A stretch of DNA of 64,000 bases, taken from assembly GCF_963676685.1 (NCBI RefSeq), contig NC_092350.1:72106001-72170000 (forward strand), written 5' to 3'. Both the position numbers and the translations under genes were made by a program. The DNA is from Mytilus edulis. Its lineage: Eukaryota. The notes under the pieces were generated by a model. That model did not search any database and was not told the origin of the DNA. It saw only the letters and a list, made by a program, of their open reading frames with translations. This document shows positions 48,277 to 62,145 of this stretch, piece by piece. Every line of letters starts with the position of its first letter. Positions within the stretch are counted from its first letter, which is position 1.

Positions 48277-50238
48277 CAGCTGTAAAACAATTTTTGCATT
48301 ATTATAATTAATCAGATATATCAAAATTCAGAATGAGGACAAAACACTAAGATCTTTATAATGAATTATGATTATATGAAATATAAGTCCTGCCGCATTA
48401 TATTTTCCCTTGTTATTTTTCAATTTTGCACTGTAATCAAATAAATCAAATCGCCGTGTGAATGTTGTAATGTTGTTAAATCCAAGTGTTGTGAAATTGA
48501 ACATGAAGTTTCAAAACGCGATGTCATAAAATATTTGACAAGAGTTCAGAAATATTTGTAGAAATTCAATATTTTCGGATATGAAGAGTAACTCGATTAT
48601 CTTTTGAATAGACAAACACATTAAATGCACGAAGCACCCCCTTTCTGGAGATAGAACACTTTGCGACAAACAATGTTGACAAGACATTGATCCCTATATA
48701 TCTATTAGAAATAGATCATTGATTTTTCAAGTGTATAATAACCCCATTTCGGGAATGATTATTTTTTAAAGAATAACTCATAGATTGAGTTCAAACCATG
48801 GAACAATTTCAGCATAGTTCTGCATTGCTAATTTTAGTAACTAATATTTTACAGCAACAAAACTAGAAAAATGAAGACACACCACTATGAAACTATTCAC
48901 TGAACTGCCGTAGTCCAACTAGATGAATACTAGTAAGCTATTATAATTAATTGAGAGTGTGAAGATAGAACATTGTAGTTCTGACAAAAGTGTAAAAATC
49001 TCGTATCATAGATGTAAATTAAGGGAAATTGACCATTGCACATAAATTTCAAATGTCAAATGTATAGCTATCTCAATTTTTATCAAAATGGATATTTAAC
49101 ACTCTAAGACTCACACGACGAAATATCATCTTGATAACAAAATACATACCATAAAAACGTATTGTAAGCTCTTTTACTTCGTATTTGCTTTGGCATATAT
49201 TAGAGACCGTATTTGCACCGCACATTTCACTCTGGGTACAGACAAACCTGTTCATCTTAAGAACTTTTAGAGTATGTACCTATATACACAAAATTTAAAA
49301 GTTTCAGATTATGATTTTGCTTTTAATTTATTTTAATTCCTGCAGAAGGTGCAAAAATAAACTAATTTGGGAATGAGGTTCGAGAAGCTGCCCTCCTATA
49401 ATCAATATTGTAAGTTATATTAATTGTATCGATTGACAATAGGTGGACAATAGATATCTGCAATGCGTGTGAGAGAATGAGCCGCATCAAATTTGTAATG
49501 ATATCAATCATTTGTATTTACTTAACTTGATTAGCTTTACCTGTTTACATGTGCATCTAATCTTAGTACCGCCTACCAGATGGAGTGACAGTATAACTGA
49601 TTAAATATATAATTGTATTTTGGGGATTCCAAGCAGTTGTTATAATCATGTCTTACTGTATTATTAAAGTATTAGAATTTACATGGATTTAGTTATCAGT
49701 CATTAAGCTACTGAAGAATATAACAAAATTAAACTCAAGTGTTTGTTTATTTTTTTTTATCTTCTGCACACTGGAAAAAATGCACATCAAAATCCAGGTA
49801 AGATTTTTTTTTTTAAATAGACTGCATATATGTTTCCTATATCTAGGTCCAGCCATGCCTAATCATTTTTCTAGATGTTTTGGTTTGTCTATACTCAGAG
49901 CAGATTTGTAGTGTAAATACGGATATATATTTTAAATTCCTTTTGATGAACCTTAAACATATAATGGATTGCAACTCAGTTTGATACAATTTTACAAGGA
50001 AAGCAATGCAAAAACCTTGGGTCTACTTCACAACAGTTTGTCACATATTTCGATTGTTATTTTAGGAAGTGTTTCACCGTTTCATTTCCAGTTTCATGAA
50101 TTTGTTCAGGCAACTTTATGGGTAGACGCCCCTCTGTGTCTGTAATGTGCTAAATCAACCAGCAAAATGAATAAGTTAGAAGATTCTTTCGTTTAATGTA
50201 TAAAACGATTAATTTTGATAACAATAACTCTTGTACAT

Positions 50239-50363
50239 ACCTTAAATAAAACACAAGAACAGTAGCTCAGTTCATCAAATTTAACAAGCTCCATCCTGTG
50301 TTAAAGGAAGCAAATAACATGTCACTTTCCTCTAATCACGTGGTATATCAACAGGTAAGATAA
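50239..50363 (-). promoter_or_regulatory. Putative promoter and exon 1 of TRIM copy 6
   Basis: Donor TAAG|GTATGT 50240; GGAAGC 50306, CACGTG 50337, AGATAA 50358; alignable to the copy-4 units over several hundred bp. Confidence 0.62.
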
Positions 50364-50912
50364 CTTAAGAATACAATCAATAACATATTTAAATCACCAA
50401 TCTTTATTTAGCTCACATTGTTTTAATTTTTCTATTTAATTGAAAAGAAACACTTAACAGGTAATTTTAAAGATACAATGGACAACACAAAGAGCACGGT
50501 CTGAAGCTCTAATTAGTCATGTTAGTTGGGGTGTAATACTTATTTGGCAAAGTTTGACATTGTATAAATTTTGACAGATGAGTGTACGTAAAAACTTTAA
50601 AAGGCAGTTCGAAAATGTTATATCCCTCATAATATTTGCTTCTGATTTTCTTAAGAATGAGAAAAATTATTTATAAGAAAGGAAGCAATTGAGCTAGCTT
50701 AAAATAACTGTGAATACTCTTAGATATCATCTTTGTCTTTATGTTGTTTGCTTTCTGTGCATAGTGCCGATCTGATGAGCCAAGCCATTTCCAACTAAAG
50801 CTGATACTAATGTTGGGATGTCTCGCCACCGTCTCAGGCCTTATGGGGAGGATTCAGCAATCACAGATATAAATTACCCTGACTCATTCACTATGTACTT
50901 AAGTTAGTAAGA

Positions 50913-51895
50913 AGCATGCAGATGCTTGATTTCTTGATTGACAACATATTTGTTACGTTCGGAGGACGTGTTTTTCAACAGACTGTCGGCATTCCAATGG
51001 GAACAAACTGTGCCCCTCTACTTGCCGACTTGTTTCTTTATTATTATGAGGCTGACTTCATACAGGAACTTCTTAGGAAGAAATATAAGAAGTTAGCACT
51101 ATCATTTAACTCTACTTTTCGCTATATAGATGATGTTATTTCACTAAATAATTCAAAATTTGGTGACTATGTGGAACGCATCTATCCAATAGAGCTAGAG
51201 ATAAAGGATACTACAGATCAAATCAGTCGGCCTCATATCTTGACTTACATCTAGAAATTGACAATGAGGGTCGGTTGAAAACAAAACTTTACGACAAAAG
51301 AGATGATTTCAGCTTTCCAATTGTGAACTTTCCATTTCTAAGTAGCAACATTCCAGCAGCACCTGCATACGGGGTATATATCTTCCAATTGATACGATAT
51401 TCCCGTGCTTGCATTTCCTACCATGATTTTCTTGATAGAGGGTTGCTGCTCACAAGGAAGCTATTAAACCAAGAGTTCCAAATGGTGAAGTTGAAATCAT
51501 CCTTTCGTAAATTTTACGGACGCCATCACGAGTTGGTTGACCGTTATGGAATAACCGTATCACAAATGATATCGGATATGTTCCTTACGTCGTAACTACA
51601 ACCCCCTTCCCTTTCCTGAATGTGACCTACCGAATTAGACTATTTACCGGATTTGTAATCACATAAGCAACACGACGGGTGCCACATGTGGAGCAGGATC
51701 TGCTTACTCTTCCGGAGTACCTGATATCACCCCTAGTTTTTTGGTGGGGTTCGTGTTGTTTATTTTTTATTTTTCTATGTTGTGTCGTGTGTGCTGTTGT
51801 TTGTTTGTCTTTTTAATTTTTAGCCATGGCGTTGTAAGTTTGTTTTAGATCTATGAGTTTGACTGTCCCTTTGGTATCTTTCGTCCCTCTTTTAT
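50913..51895 (+). mobile_element. 5'-truncated Penelope-like retroelement (RT C-terminal half and 3' UTR)
   Basis: GIPMGTNCAPLLADLFL, FRYIDD, TKLYDKRDDF; frameshift near 51220; ORF stops at 51595 with no GIY-YIG seen. Confidence 0.85.
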
Positions 51896-54800
51896 AGGTT
51901 GTCGAAGGTTGCTGTCAGTCATATTTGTTTTTCTATCATTATTTTTTCATATTACACAAGGCAGTTAGGTTTTTCAATTTGAATGGTTTGAAAGGTTGTC
52001 ATCTAAGTGCTTTTTGAAGCTGACTACATGGTACGAGTTATGGTCATTGTGGAAAACCGATCGTGACTTAAAATTGCTTACATCCTCCTCATTTTGACAT
52101 TTTTGGAAAGTTGTCTTATTGGCAATCATACCACCTTATATAATTACAACCACAAATCTCCTAAATGACATTGTACATTATTTCTATACGTGTTTATTTC
52201 CTTTACTCACATTGTTGTCAACAAGTTCATATTTATGATCCTAACAAATTGTATTGTAAGACAAGGTAGTATTTGTTATTTGACGCGTTAAGGAAAAAAA
52301 ATCATGTGTATTTTATGATAATCATGTAAAAAATAAATAAGCATTTTATAGTGTTGTATAAAAAGATCAAGTGTCTCACAAAAAACTGCTGAAAATAGCT
52401 ATTTTGATAATGGAATTTTTAAACATCCACTTTGGTTTGATTATGTTTTTGATAAAATAAAAGATGTATGCCATTGAAATATTGTAGGTCGCCATAGATC
52501 AATTTTAATTTCCATTACTTTGCTTCAGACTGTTATTATGATGTCCAAATTTGGAGAATAAAGCATTTCCTCAACTTTGTAATTGAAGTAAAGGGCGGGC
52601 GATGCAGTGCATTTATTTTCCCGAGAATATCACTTCTTATAGATATCGATTTATTAGTAATGTGTAGATAATACTTGAATAGTTTGTAAAGTGTTTCCTG
52701 TTTGGCGATGAACCCCTCTCAGTGTCGTTATATACTCGGAATTCCACCGGTTCCAAAAATGCTCCATTAAACTCAACTGTTTATTCAAATGTTTATGCAG
52801 TTCTTGTTTTCCACTATTCACGGCAATGTAATCAATATTCGGTTGTGGATACAGCGTTAAAGATATTCTTCTTCCGTACAGTACGGCTGCTCATCCTCAA
52901 TATCCGGTGATACGTAGGTCAATGGTCTATCTTTGATGATCGCTTCTATATCTGTTAGAATTGTATGAAGTATACCCATGTGAACGTAAGATCTACATTA
53001 TGTTTTCCTCAAACAAATTTTTGTAATTCCTATAAAGCGTTCCCACCATCCACCATACCAGAGCGCTTTTTTCGGTATAAATCTCCAATTTGTTCCATAT
53101 GTTGACAACGTATCGTTTAGCGATGGTGATTTGGTTAATTTTTTTAATGTTTCCGAAGCGGCTAAATATGTCGAGGCGTTATCCGAAATCATGGTGTGTG
53201 GTCTAGATTTACGACTAGCCAATCTTCTAAAGGCTTGTAAAAAGGATTTTTCTGATAAGTGCGGTACAACTTCCAGGGTACGGCTCTCGTTGAGGTAAAT
53301 AGACATATAAAAACCTTGTTTTCAGTATCATGTTTATCTCTAACGTACAGTGCTCCTGTAAAGTCGACGCCGATAATTGTAAAAGGCGGTGCTTCCAGTA
53401 ATTGAACTTTTGGGAGTTGCGGTGGATCAGGTGATGTATATGGTTTACTGTTGATTTTTCGACAAATTACGCCATTCCTCTTGCGTATTGACGAATTCCG
53501 GGTATCCAGTAAGTTTGTCGTATCTGAGTCATTGTTGATAAAACTCCCGAGTGTTTCATATACTTGTGTATATCAAGAACAACTAATTTAGTAAAAGGAT
53601 GACTTCAAAGTAACAAATGAGGATATTTCATATTTTCACAAACAGGTGCGTTATGAATTCTCCCTCCACAGCAAATTGCGTCTTTGTTATTCAGGTGCAA
53701 TCTAAGTTGTCTAACAGTAGGTTTAGTATCCTTTAATTTCAAGTACAACATTTCGTCCTTAAATGAAGTTCTTTGGCAATTTCGTATCCAACACTCTGTT
53801 GCATCCTGCAATTCCTCTCTTGAAACGTATTTTGCCTTATTTCTCTGTAATATTGGCGAACGGCAATTTCGTATAAATCGTAAAAGATAAGCTGTTATTC
53901 GTAGTAATTTTGATAATGTACTATATCTAGTTATTTGCACAATTTGGTGTATTCCTTGTTGATTATCTATTTCATTGTCCGCTGTACTTCTATATCTGTA
54001 CTGATTAGTAATACTGTTGTGTCATTTGGCTTCCACGACGGCCATTTTGATATATCAGTGATCCATTCGGGTCCGTTGAACAGTAGATTTAGTATCCTTT
54101 AATTTCAAGTATAACATTTCGTCCTTAAATGAAGTTCTTTGGCAATTTAGTATCCAACACTCTGTTGCATCCTGCAATACCTCTCTTGAAATGTATTTTG
54201 TCTTATTTCTTTGTACTATTGGCGAACGACAATATAAATCGCTGTTATTCGTAGTAATTATGATAATGTACTATATCTAGTAATTTGCACAATTTGGTGT
54301 ATTCCTTGTTGATTATCTATTTCATTGTCCGCTGTACTTGAATCTTCTATATCTGTACTGATTGTTGTGTCATTTGGTTTCCACGACGGTCATTTTGATA
54401 TATCAGTGATCCATTCGGGTCCGTTGAACCATAGTTTGTTCTTTTCAAACTGTGACACATTGAGTCCTCTAGTAAGAAGGGCAGCCGGATTATCTTTCTT
54501 TTGGCAATATCTCCATTCTTGTGTATTGGTCAATTTGTTATTTCCGTTACTCTATTTCGTATGAATCTTTTCATTCAAACTGTGACACGTTGAGTCCTCT
54601 AGTAAGAAGGGCAGCTGAATTATCTTTCGTTGGGCAATATTTCCATTCTTGTGTATTGGTCAATTTGCATATTTCCGTTACTCTATTTCGTATGAACCTT
54701 TTCAATTGCTTTGAAGTTGATAACCACTGTAGAACTATCTGACTGTCTGATCAAAATGTTATGTCTTTTATGTGTAAAACTGATTTAACATGATCGGCTA

Positions 54801-56337
54801 GTCGTGCTCCAATGAATGCGGCCATTAATTTCAGCTGTGGTAGTGTTTAAGCGGTGCTACTCTATTTTTTGCAATAACTAAAGATGACTCATGATGGTTA
54901 CATATGTAAACAGTTGCTCCGTATGCAGTTGTACTAGCGTCTACAAAACGTGAAGTTGGGTTTTCTGATTTGGTAAATTGGGAAAATACCGTCTTTTCAA
55001 TTCTGTATAAGTCGTTTTCTCCAAATACTTGGATAAATTTATCCATGTTGTCTGTATTTCTAAAGGTGATGGCTCATCCCATACGTACTTCTGTTCCCAC
55101 AATGTCTGCATTAAAATGTTTGTTCGTACGGATACAGGACTAAGTAATCCTAGCGGATCGTAAATACGTGACGACTGTTTAAGAATTTCACGTTTCGTAA
55201 TATTTGGTAGTTAAATATAAAAAAAGTCGACATTTTGAAAAGTGATCGTATCTTTAACTGTATTCAATTTCAGTCCAAGTATTTTGACAAAAGTTTCTTT
55301 TTCACATACGTTATGTTGTTTGGCTTAATCAGTAAGTTTTGATCAATTTGAACTCCATGAACGAAGGTTGAATCCAGCCTCCGACATCAATGATCTGGCT
55401 TGTACAAAATACTTTGCGGCGTCATCTTCATTTTCCAAACTGGGCACTATATTATCCACGTAAAGGTCATTCTTCATCATTGCTGATATATTATTTGTGT
55501 CGCATGCATCCAAGTGTTTAAGTAGTGTTGCATTTAGGATGAACGGTGAACTTGTTGCACCAAACAAAATAGATTTAAATCGTTATGTTGTAAGAGTACT
55601 GCAAGGATTATCTGTGTCGCTCAACAACAAAAAAAGTGTGTAAAAACTCGATCCTTCTCATCTAATCTAGTATGTAAGAAAGCCTTTTCAATGTCCGTGC
55701 TTATTGCGTACTTCTTAGTTCTAAATCCCATTAATACCTTTGTCAAGTCGTTTTAAGTCTGGCGGAGTTGATATTAGGCAATCATTCAAACTTGCGTGAT
55801 CTGGCGACTTTTTAGAGCTACAGTCGTACACTATACGAATTGGTGTTGTTGTCGAATCCTTTTTCTTGGCACGATGTTGTAAATAGTGGGTGCTTTTACC
55901 ATTGTCGTTTTTATCGTTTACGTTCTCTATGAACCCTCTCTTCATTTGGTCTTCAATAATTTCTGAATATTTTTTTAATAAATGTGGTTCCCGACTTAGT
56001 CTTCTAATTGTGTTTTCGGTCCTTGGTTTAGCGATCATGATGTTTGAAGTCCGGATGATCCAGTTTCCATGGCAACTTGGCAGAATAACGTTCGTTTTCA
56101 AATTTGATACAGTCTTGTTGATAAGTCTTTACAAAACTCTCCTCGTCGTCCTGTTGTGGTAAATGTATTCCTCACGATTCTAGATTCCAGAATTTCTCGA
56201 TCTCGCTTTCCTCTGCATGGTGTGAAGTAACATTCAAAAGAACTGATGAAGAAAAGAATTTCTTTCGGTTTATTATTACGGATCCAGATGACAAGTAACC
56301 ATTTTTTGATGCTACGGCTGTAGGTCCATTCCCTCTA

Positions 56338-56807
56338 AGGTGTCATACCACCAATTACTCCCTCAAATTTAGAACGTATGTGAAAGTAGGCCTACTCGGA
56401 CAAAAAAAAGTGCATTTGATGTCATTGTTCACCTAAACTAACTAACAAATTTGCAGAAATGAAAGTTTTGTTGAAAGAGAAATATATTAAGACCATTTTG
56501 AGCCAAAATTTACCTGTCTATGAGTTTGCATTAAAAATTGAGGATTAATGCGCTCCATAGTATACTAATTTAGATTTCCAGAAAACCAGGGGTTATTTTT
56601 AGTGGTACCTCCTTTCGGAAGCTCTCTGCTTTCTTATATGATTTTGAATGTATGTTGAAAATTGACATGCAGAAAGGTGACACCTGTACAATTCAGGATA
56701 TACCTAGTTTCTATGAAGTTAAACTTAAGGTAAAATATTTAGAAAGCTGTGAAAATTGCCAAATTTGGTTGAACAGATAGGGACTTTTAATTGGTGGTAT
56801 GACACCT
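56338..56807. mobile_element. MITE nested in BEL copy B
   Basis: Perfect 20-bp TIR AGGTGTCATACCACCAATTA; CTA duplicated (or TCTAA if the TIR starts at GG); empty site CCCTCTAATCAC at ~247-258. Confidence 0.92.
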
Positions 56808-58796
56808 CTAATCACGTGATCTTGAACTATATCCAAATAATAATCGGCTCCTATCAAGAGTGAAATTTCAAAACTATCAGCGTTATTTGCAGGATGTGCG
56901 AGCTTTAAATCTTTCAAGAATGGCAAATTGCGTGTAAGGTATTTTCGTCTGATTTTGAAGTGGAACTGCAATATCTGGAACAAGCCATGAATTAATGTTT
57001 ACAATCTCACCTTTGTCAGTTTGTAGTTGAACGGTTGCTGTATCCAAATGGCATATATTCTTTTTCTTGTCTCCAACAGCTGACAGTTCAATTGTGTCCC
57101 TTCCGCTTGGTCTAATCTGTAATTTTTCGGCTATGCTCTGAGTGATGAATGAACGTTGGATACATTCGTCAAATAAAATTTTCAACTAGTAGTTCACTTT
57201 TGGGTAGTCCATTTCTTGATGTTCTCTCGAGCTTGGACAGATGATGAATGAAAGTTGGACACCTTCGTCAAATAAAATACTAGCTTCTGTGATCTGTTTC
57301 CCTTATGATATTGGTGCGATAGCTGTTGTCAATAAAACGCTTGTGTGTTGTGAGGTATACATTACTGCGGTTTCTGGTTCTTCTGTTTTTACCAATCTTA
57401 AAACGGTTGATTTCTCCTTGTTGTCCTGTCCTTTTCCATCTGTAGCTTGTTCCCCGCAAATACTGGTGTTGCATTTCTTACATCGGTTACGCGATTTACA
57501 CTCGGAAACACCGTGGTTTCCTAGACAATTGAAACATTTTTTCTTTTGCTTTACGATGTTTATTCTTTCATTCACGTCAGAAATTATCGTGCAATCTCCC
57601 AGAAACACCAGTGAATTAGATGCATGGACGTTTTTTGTCATTGAAACGTGTCTCATTGAGGCGTGGGTTGTTTGAATTTAAAATTTTGCTGTGTTTTATT
57701 ACGAGCTTCGGTCAGAAATGTTGCGGTAATATGTAAACCGTCGCGGTCGGTAAATTGTCCCGCTTCAAGAATTCTCGCTCCTTTTGTGGTGGCTTTTCTG
57801 AGGTTGTTTAGAGTTATATGATCGCTATCATATTCACGGGCAACACTTTTTCTCGTTTCTACTGGTAGTTTACTAATAATTATAGGTACTAGTAGTGCGC
57901 CATACATTTCTTGTGTTTGACCCAAACATTCAAGACCTCTTACGTACGTTTCTATGTGGTCTCCATACATTCTTAGGCTGTTTAAATCATTTGACGGTGA
58001 AGGAAGATCCATTAAAGCTTTCATGTAGGCATGAATAATCTTGTGAGGCGATCCAAAACGCTCTTTGAGCAAATTAACGGCAGTGGTGTAATTGGCATTT
58101 GTCAGTGCGAAACCTTCAATAGTTTGGGCGGCATGGCCATGGAGTTGGGCTTTCAATTAACTAAATTTCTGTATCTCGGTCAAAGTACTGTTGAAATGAA
58201 TAGTTGATAGTTAAAATTTCCCCATCAAGTGCGGTAAATCTAGTTTTGGTAATCTGTGGTTTTGACTGCTATTTGATACCGAAGAAAAGCCTTGGTTGTA
58301 CAAATTATTTGTAGACTGCAAGTCACGATTGGTATTTTGCATGGAGCGCAAATTACAAAAATGGGTTGACTGTACATTAATTTCAGTGTCATTGCTGCGT
58401 ATAACATTGGCATTGGTAAGCGATGTATTTGTGGGGTAAGATAGCGTAAAACTGTTTGCATTTGGATCTAGAGACGTTGATGCGACATTTTGAGAATTTG
58501 AATCAGAATTTGATATTTTTTTAATTTTCCGAAGTTTAGACTTTAAATTAAACATATACTCACCAGACTCTTGAATTTCCTCTGCTACATCCTCCCTGAC
58601 GTTAAATCCAGTATCTTCTCATTCAAGTTCACAATAGTCCTCTGTTTCTGTTCAATTGCATCCGAAATTAATTTCACATCGTCTTTATCTAAGTCCGAAT
58701 TCTTTTCAATCCCATCAAATTTCTTTAATAACTTTAGTAACTTGCCCTCTGTGTCCTCTACGTACTGCTTTTAACTTGGATTCCATTGTTTCCGAC

Positions 58797-58809
58797 AGTC
58801 ACGGCACCA
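58797..58809 (-). promoter_or_regulatory. Primer-binding site, tRNA-His type
   Basis: TGGTGCCGTGACT, 4 nt after the LTR end CAACA (58814). Confidence 0.85.
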
Positions 58810-59650
58810 TAAATGTTGTGTAAAGTAGATAAATGCGTTGTTTATAGATCGTGTTTATTCTAACGTCTGAGGGAAGACACATACTCATATGGTTAATGAC
58901 ATGTTGCATTAACTTATATACCTTATACAGTTCAGCCTTATTGGATGTGCCACATTCATCAAAAGCATATACGGGACTAATCTGATAAGCAAATAAAAAG
59001 GCAAGTACATTTAGAAACTGTTAATTAACGCTCAAAATATACACCAAAGAATTGAATAATAGTGCAATCTTTCGTTTAGAAAAACTAGATATCAGAATCT
59101 ATCTCGATGTGTTACAGAAAGGACAATATGAAAAGATATATGTATACCTTTTTTTCTAATTGATCATCATTATAAATATCAGAGTAAAATTTGCAAATAT
59201 AGGATTCCAAATGTTTTGCTTAGTAAACCTGTTTTCTAGTCACAATAATATATATATTGACCGATTGATATGATTGAAATTAAGGTCGATTAAAGATAAG
59301 TTTAAGTTTTGCCACTCTTCTAAAATATGGTTGGTGTTTAACGCACTTTCAGTATTATTGACTCCATCATGGCAAACAGTTTTTGAAGAAACCAAATTCT
59401 TCATTTTTTTCCGAAACCATGAACTGTGGTCCAATTTGTATCAATTACTAATTTACATGAATTATCATTGATATGGTCATATTTATAAATTAACTGTTTA
59501 CAACATATTTTGAATTTTTGAAATACTATAGCTTTTCTACCTCAGGAATGGATTATCTTAGCTGTATTTGGCAAACATTTTAGGAATTTTGGTCATCAAT
59601 CTCTTCATCTTTGTACTTTATTTGGCCTTTTTAACGTTTTTGGATTCTAG

Positions 59651-59689
59651 CGTCACTGATGAGTCTTTTGTAGACGAAATGCACGTCTG
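59651..59689 (+). ncRNA. Hammerhead ribozyme duplicate of 3466-3504
   Basis: CGTCA-CTGATGA-GTCT(TTTGT)AGAC-GAAA-TGCACG-TC; stem III C>T change, stem I truncated. Confidence 0.7.
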
Positions 59690-59821
59690 TCCCCTAACCG
59701 AATAGGTTGCCCGACACGATATGTCGGTGACTATACTTACTAGGGATTGTTTTCGCGGTCTTAGATCTTAAGATACCAGTCTAGTCGTTAAATATGTAAC
59801 TTTACTCTATATAATTAAGCT

Positions 59822-60264
59822 GCTCCGAGTACACAGTTATTTCGTGGTGCATTTCTTTTAGACAAGAAATGAAAATTAAAAAAATATCCCACCTGCGCTT
59901 TCCCAATAATATTTTTTCAGTGTGTTGTACTACTTTTGGGACAAATTATATCAAAATATAGAAAACTTCATTAGCTCTAACTCAAAATATGCACAATTTT
60001 ATGTTAAGGGGGTCTTGAAACCTTTTTACAGCTTTCGAAGTGCTAATTTTTTACCTTTTTCAGATGGACCTAATCACTAAAAAAAATTTGTTACAGTGTC
60101 ATTTCACCCCCTACTTGCTCTATGAGGCATAAAACATGAAGAAATAAATTAGGAAGGGGTATAAAAAAAAATTGGCAAGTAACACACTGTCCACACAAGG
60201 GACTATATTCGTGGACAACGAAAGGACAACGAAAATCAAAGGACGATAACTGTGTACTCGGACC
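59822..60264. mobile_element. Duplicate of MITE 3614-4056
   Basis: Same TIRs, AGCT TSD and flanks. Confidence 0.9.
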
Positions 60265-60690
60265 AGCTGAACTTGAGTTAGGTTTTACCAAAAAAATGAA
60301 AGACAACAATAGTATACTGCTGTTCAAAAGTCATCAACTGATTAATCGAAGACAAATTCGGAAGATATTTGAAAAAAGTATACGATGACTGTACGAATGC
60401 TTAGTTATGGTAATCATTTTATAAGAATGTGCTCTTTTTTTCCTAAGTTTCGACGAAGAGGACGGTGTGTATTTTTATTTTATGTTTATCTGTCTGCTTT
60501 TATTCATGATTATAACTGGGTCGCGTGTCAATCGACAGTTTTCGTTTGTTAAGTCGATAGTTTTCTTTTGAAATTATCTAGTCAACCATACACACGGATT
60601 CTTGATGTTTTATAATGTTATAATGATTCCAGACATACAAAATAAAATGAGAGTTCGAAAAAAAATATCTTTACATAAATTTTGCAGCTA

Positions 60691-61011
60691 CAGCCCTTGG
60701 ATGGTGTAAACTTCACAATACACGTTACACCATTACACCATATGCCATACAAAGTTCTTTTTATTTTATTTTTTCGAATTATAAACTTAAACAATAATAA
60801 TAATCTTAATATTTGAAATTTAATTGCTTTATGGGTAATTTCGGATCGTGTAGATAGAATGGGGAATGGTGCATGGTGTAATGAGTAAGGTGTATGGTGC
60901 AAAGGTGTAACGTGTATGGTGTAATGGTACAAGGTGTATGGTGTAATGGTGTATGGTGTATGGTGTAATGGTGTATGGTGTTAGTGGGAAGTTTACACCA
61001 TACAAGAACTG
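60691..61011. mobile_element. Duplicate of TA-MITE 4483-4803
   Basis: Same TIRs, TA TSD and flanks. Confidence 0.9.
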
Positions 61012-61787
61012 TAATGTCCCTTTTCAGGAAAAATTAAACTTAATTACTTCAAGGTGTTTAATTTGATTATGTCATAGATTCTTATAGCTGATTATGATAT
61101 AAAGATATTAGACACCAGCTGGAATTGTTAATCTTTTTCAAAATATTCCTATGCCAACGAACAGAAAATGGTTCCCCTTATTGAATATTTTAAGGAAAAT
61201 GCGTTATGACAGTATACTTCATCGGGATTTTTTTTTATCTTAGTTCCTCATAGATTATTTCTATCCAGTTTATGATATGGATGTTTTGTAACCTAGTTTG
61301 CTTTTAATTATGTGATTGAAAAAGGCGATGAAAAATTTTAGATTGCATTTCTCAAAATCTGCCGTGACCCTCGTTCGAATATACCCAATATCAATAATCA
61401 TTTCTCATAGTCGAATTAACTTTACAACAAAGCAGTTGATTTAACAAATTGCCAATACTGTCAAGTAATATTACAGCAACACCTGCATATGGAGTGTTAT
61501 TATATGTCTCAGTTGATACGATATAACTTGCGTTTCTTATCGTTATTCCTTGAAATAGGGTTACTCCTTACGTATACAAAAACTATGGCATAAAGGGTTC
61601 AAAAAGTTTCAGTTGAAGTCATCCTTTTTAAAAGTATTATGGACGCCATCCATGCCATCATGATATGCTAGAATTTTATAAAGAATATCTATGTTACAGT
61701 TTGAAATTTCGAAACGGATATGTACACATGTCGTAACCACAATCCCGTTCTCCATTGTTTGATTGGAACATTACCAAAAGCAACTAT

Positions 61788-62145
61788 ATTATAGGACAAT
61801 GTACGGCCTTCAACACGGAACCTTGGCTCACACCGAACAACAAGCTATAAAAGGCTCCAAAATTACTAGTGTAAAACCATTCAAACGGGAAAACCAACGG
61901 TCTAATCTATATAAAATAAAAAAACGAGAAACGAGAAACACGTATAAATTACATAAACAAACGACAACTACTGTATATCAGATTTCTGACTTAGGACAGG
62001 TGCAATAGCATAACATCACAACATAGAAAAACACACGGTAAAATATCAATTGGCAGGCTTAACTCAATCAAAAAACGTACATTAATACACTATAAACGAA
62101 TAAATTTGATCTGCAATATCTGAATACAAATGCACAGTAAATAAA
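61788..62145 (+). mobile_element. Interspersed repeat private to duplication copy 2
   Basis: Replaces ~5555-5665 of copy 1; GTACGGCCTTCAACACGGA..CTTGGCTCACACC is related to 26420-26692. Confidence 0.7.

Larger units (their letters stand above)
52830..58868 (-). mobile_element. BEL/Pao LTR retrotransposon copy B, decayed; 3' LTR not seen
   Basis: Gag ATG 58786 (MESKLKAVRRGHRGQVTK); CFNCLGNH..C knuckle; protease; RT FGATSSPF and LYVDN; RNase H FVDAS..AYGA; integrase GVDFTG, SDNAS, WYGGWWER, in PR-RT-RH-IN order. The 3' boundary is approximate. Confidence 0.95.
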
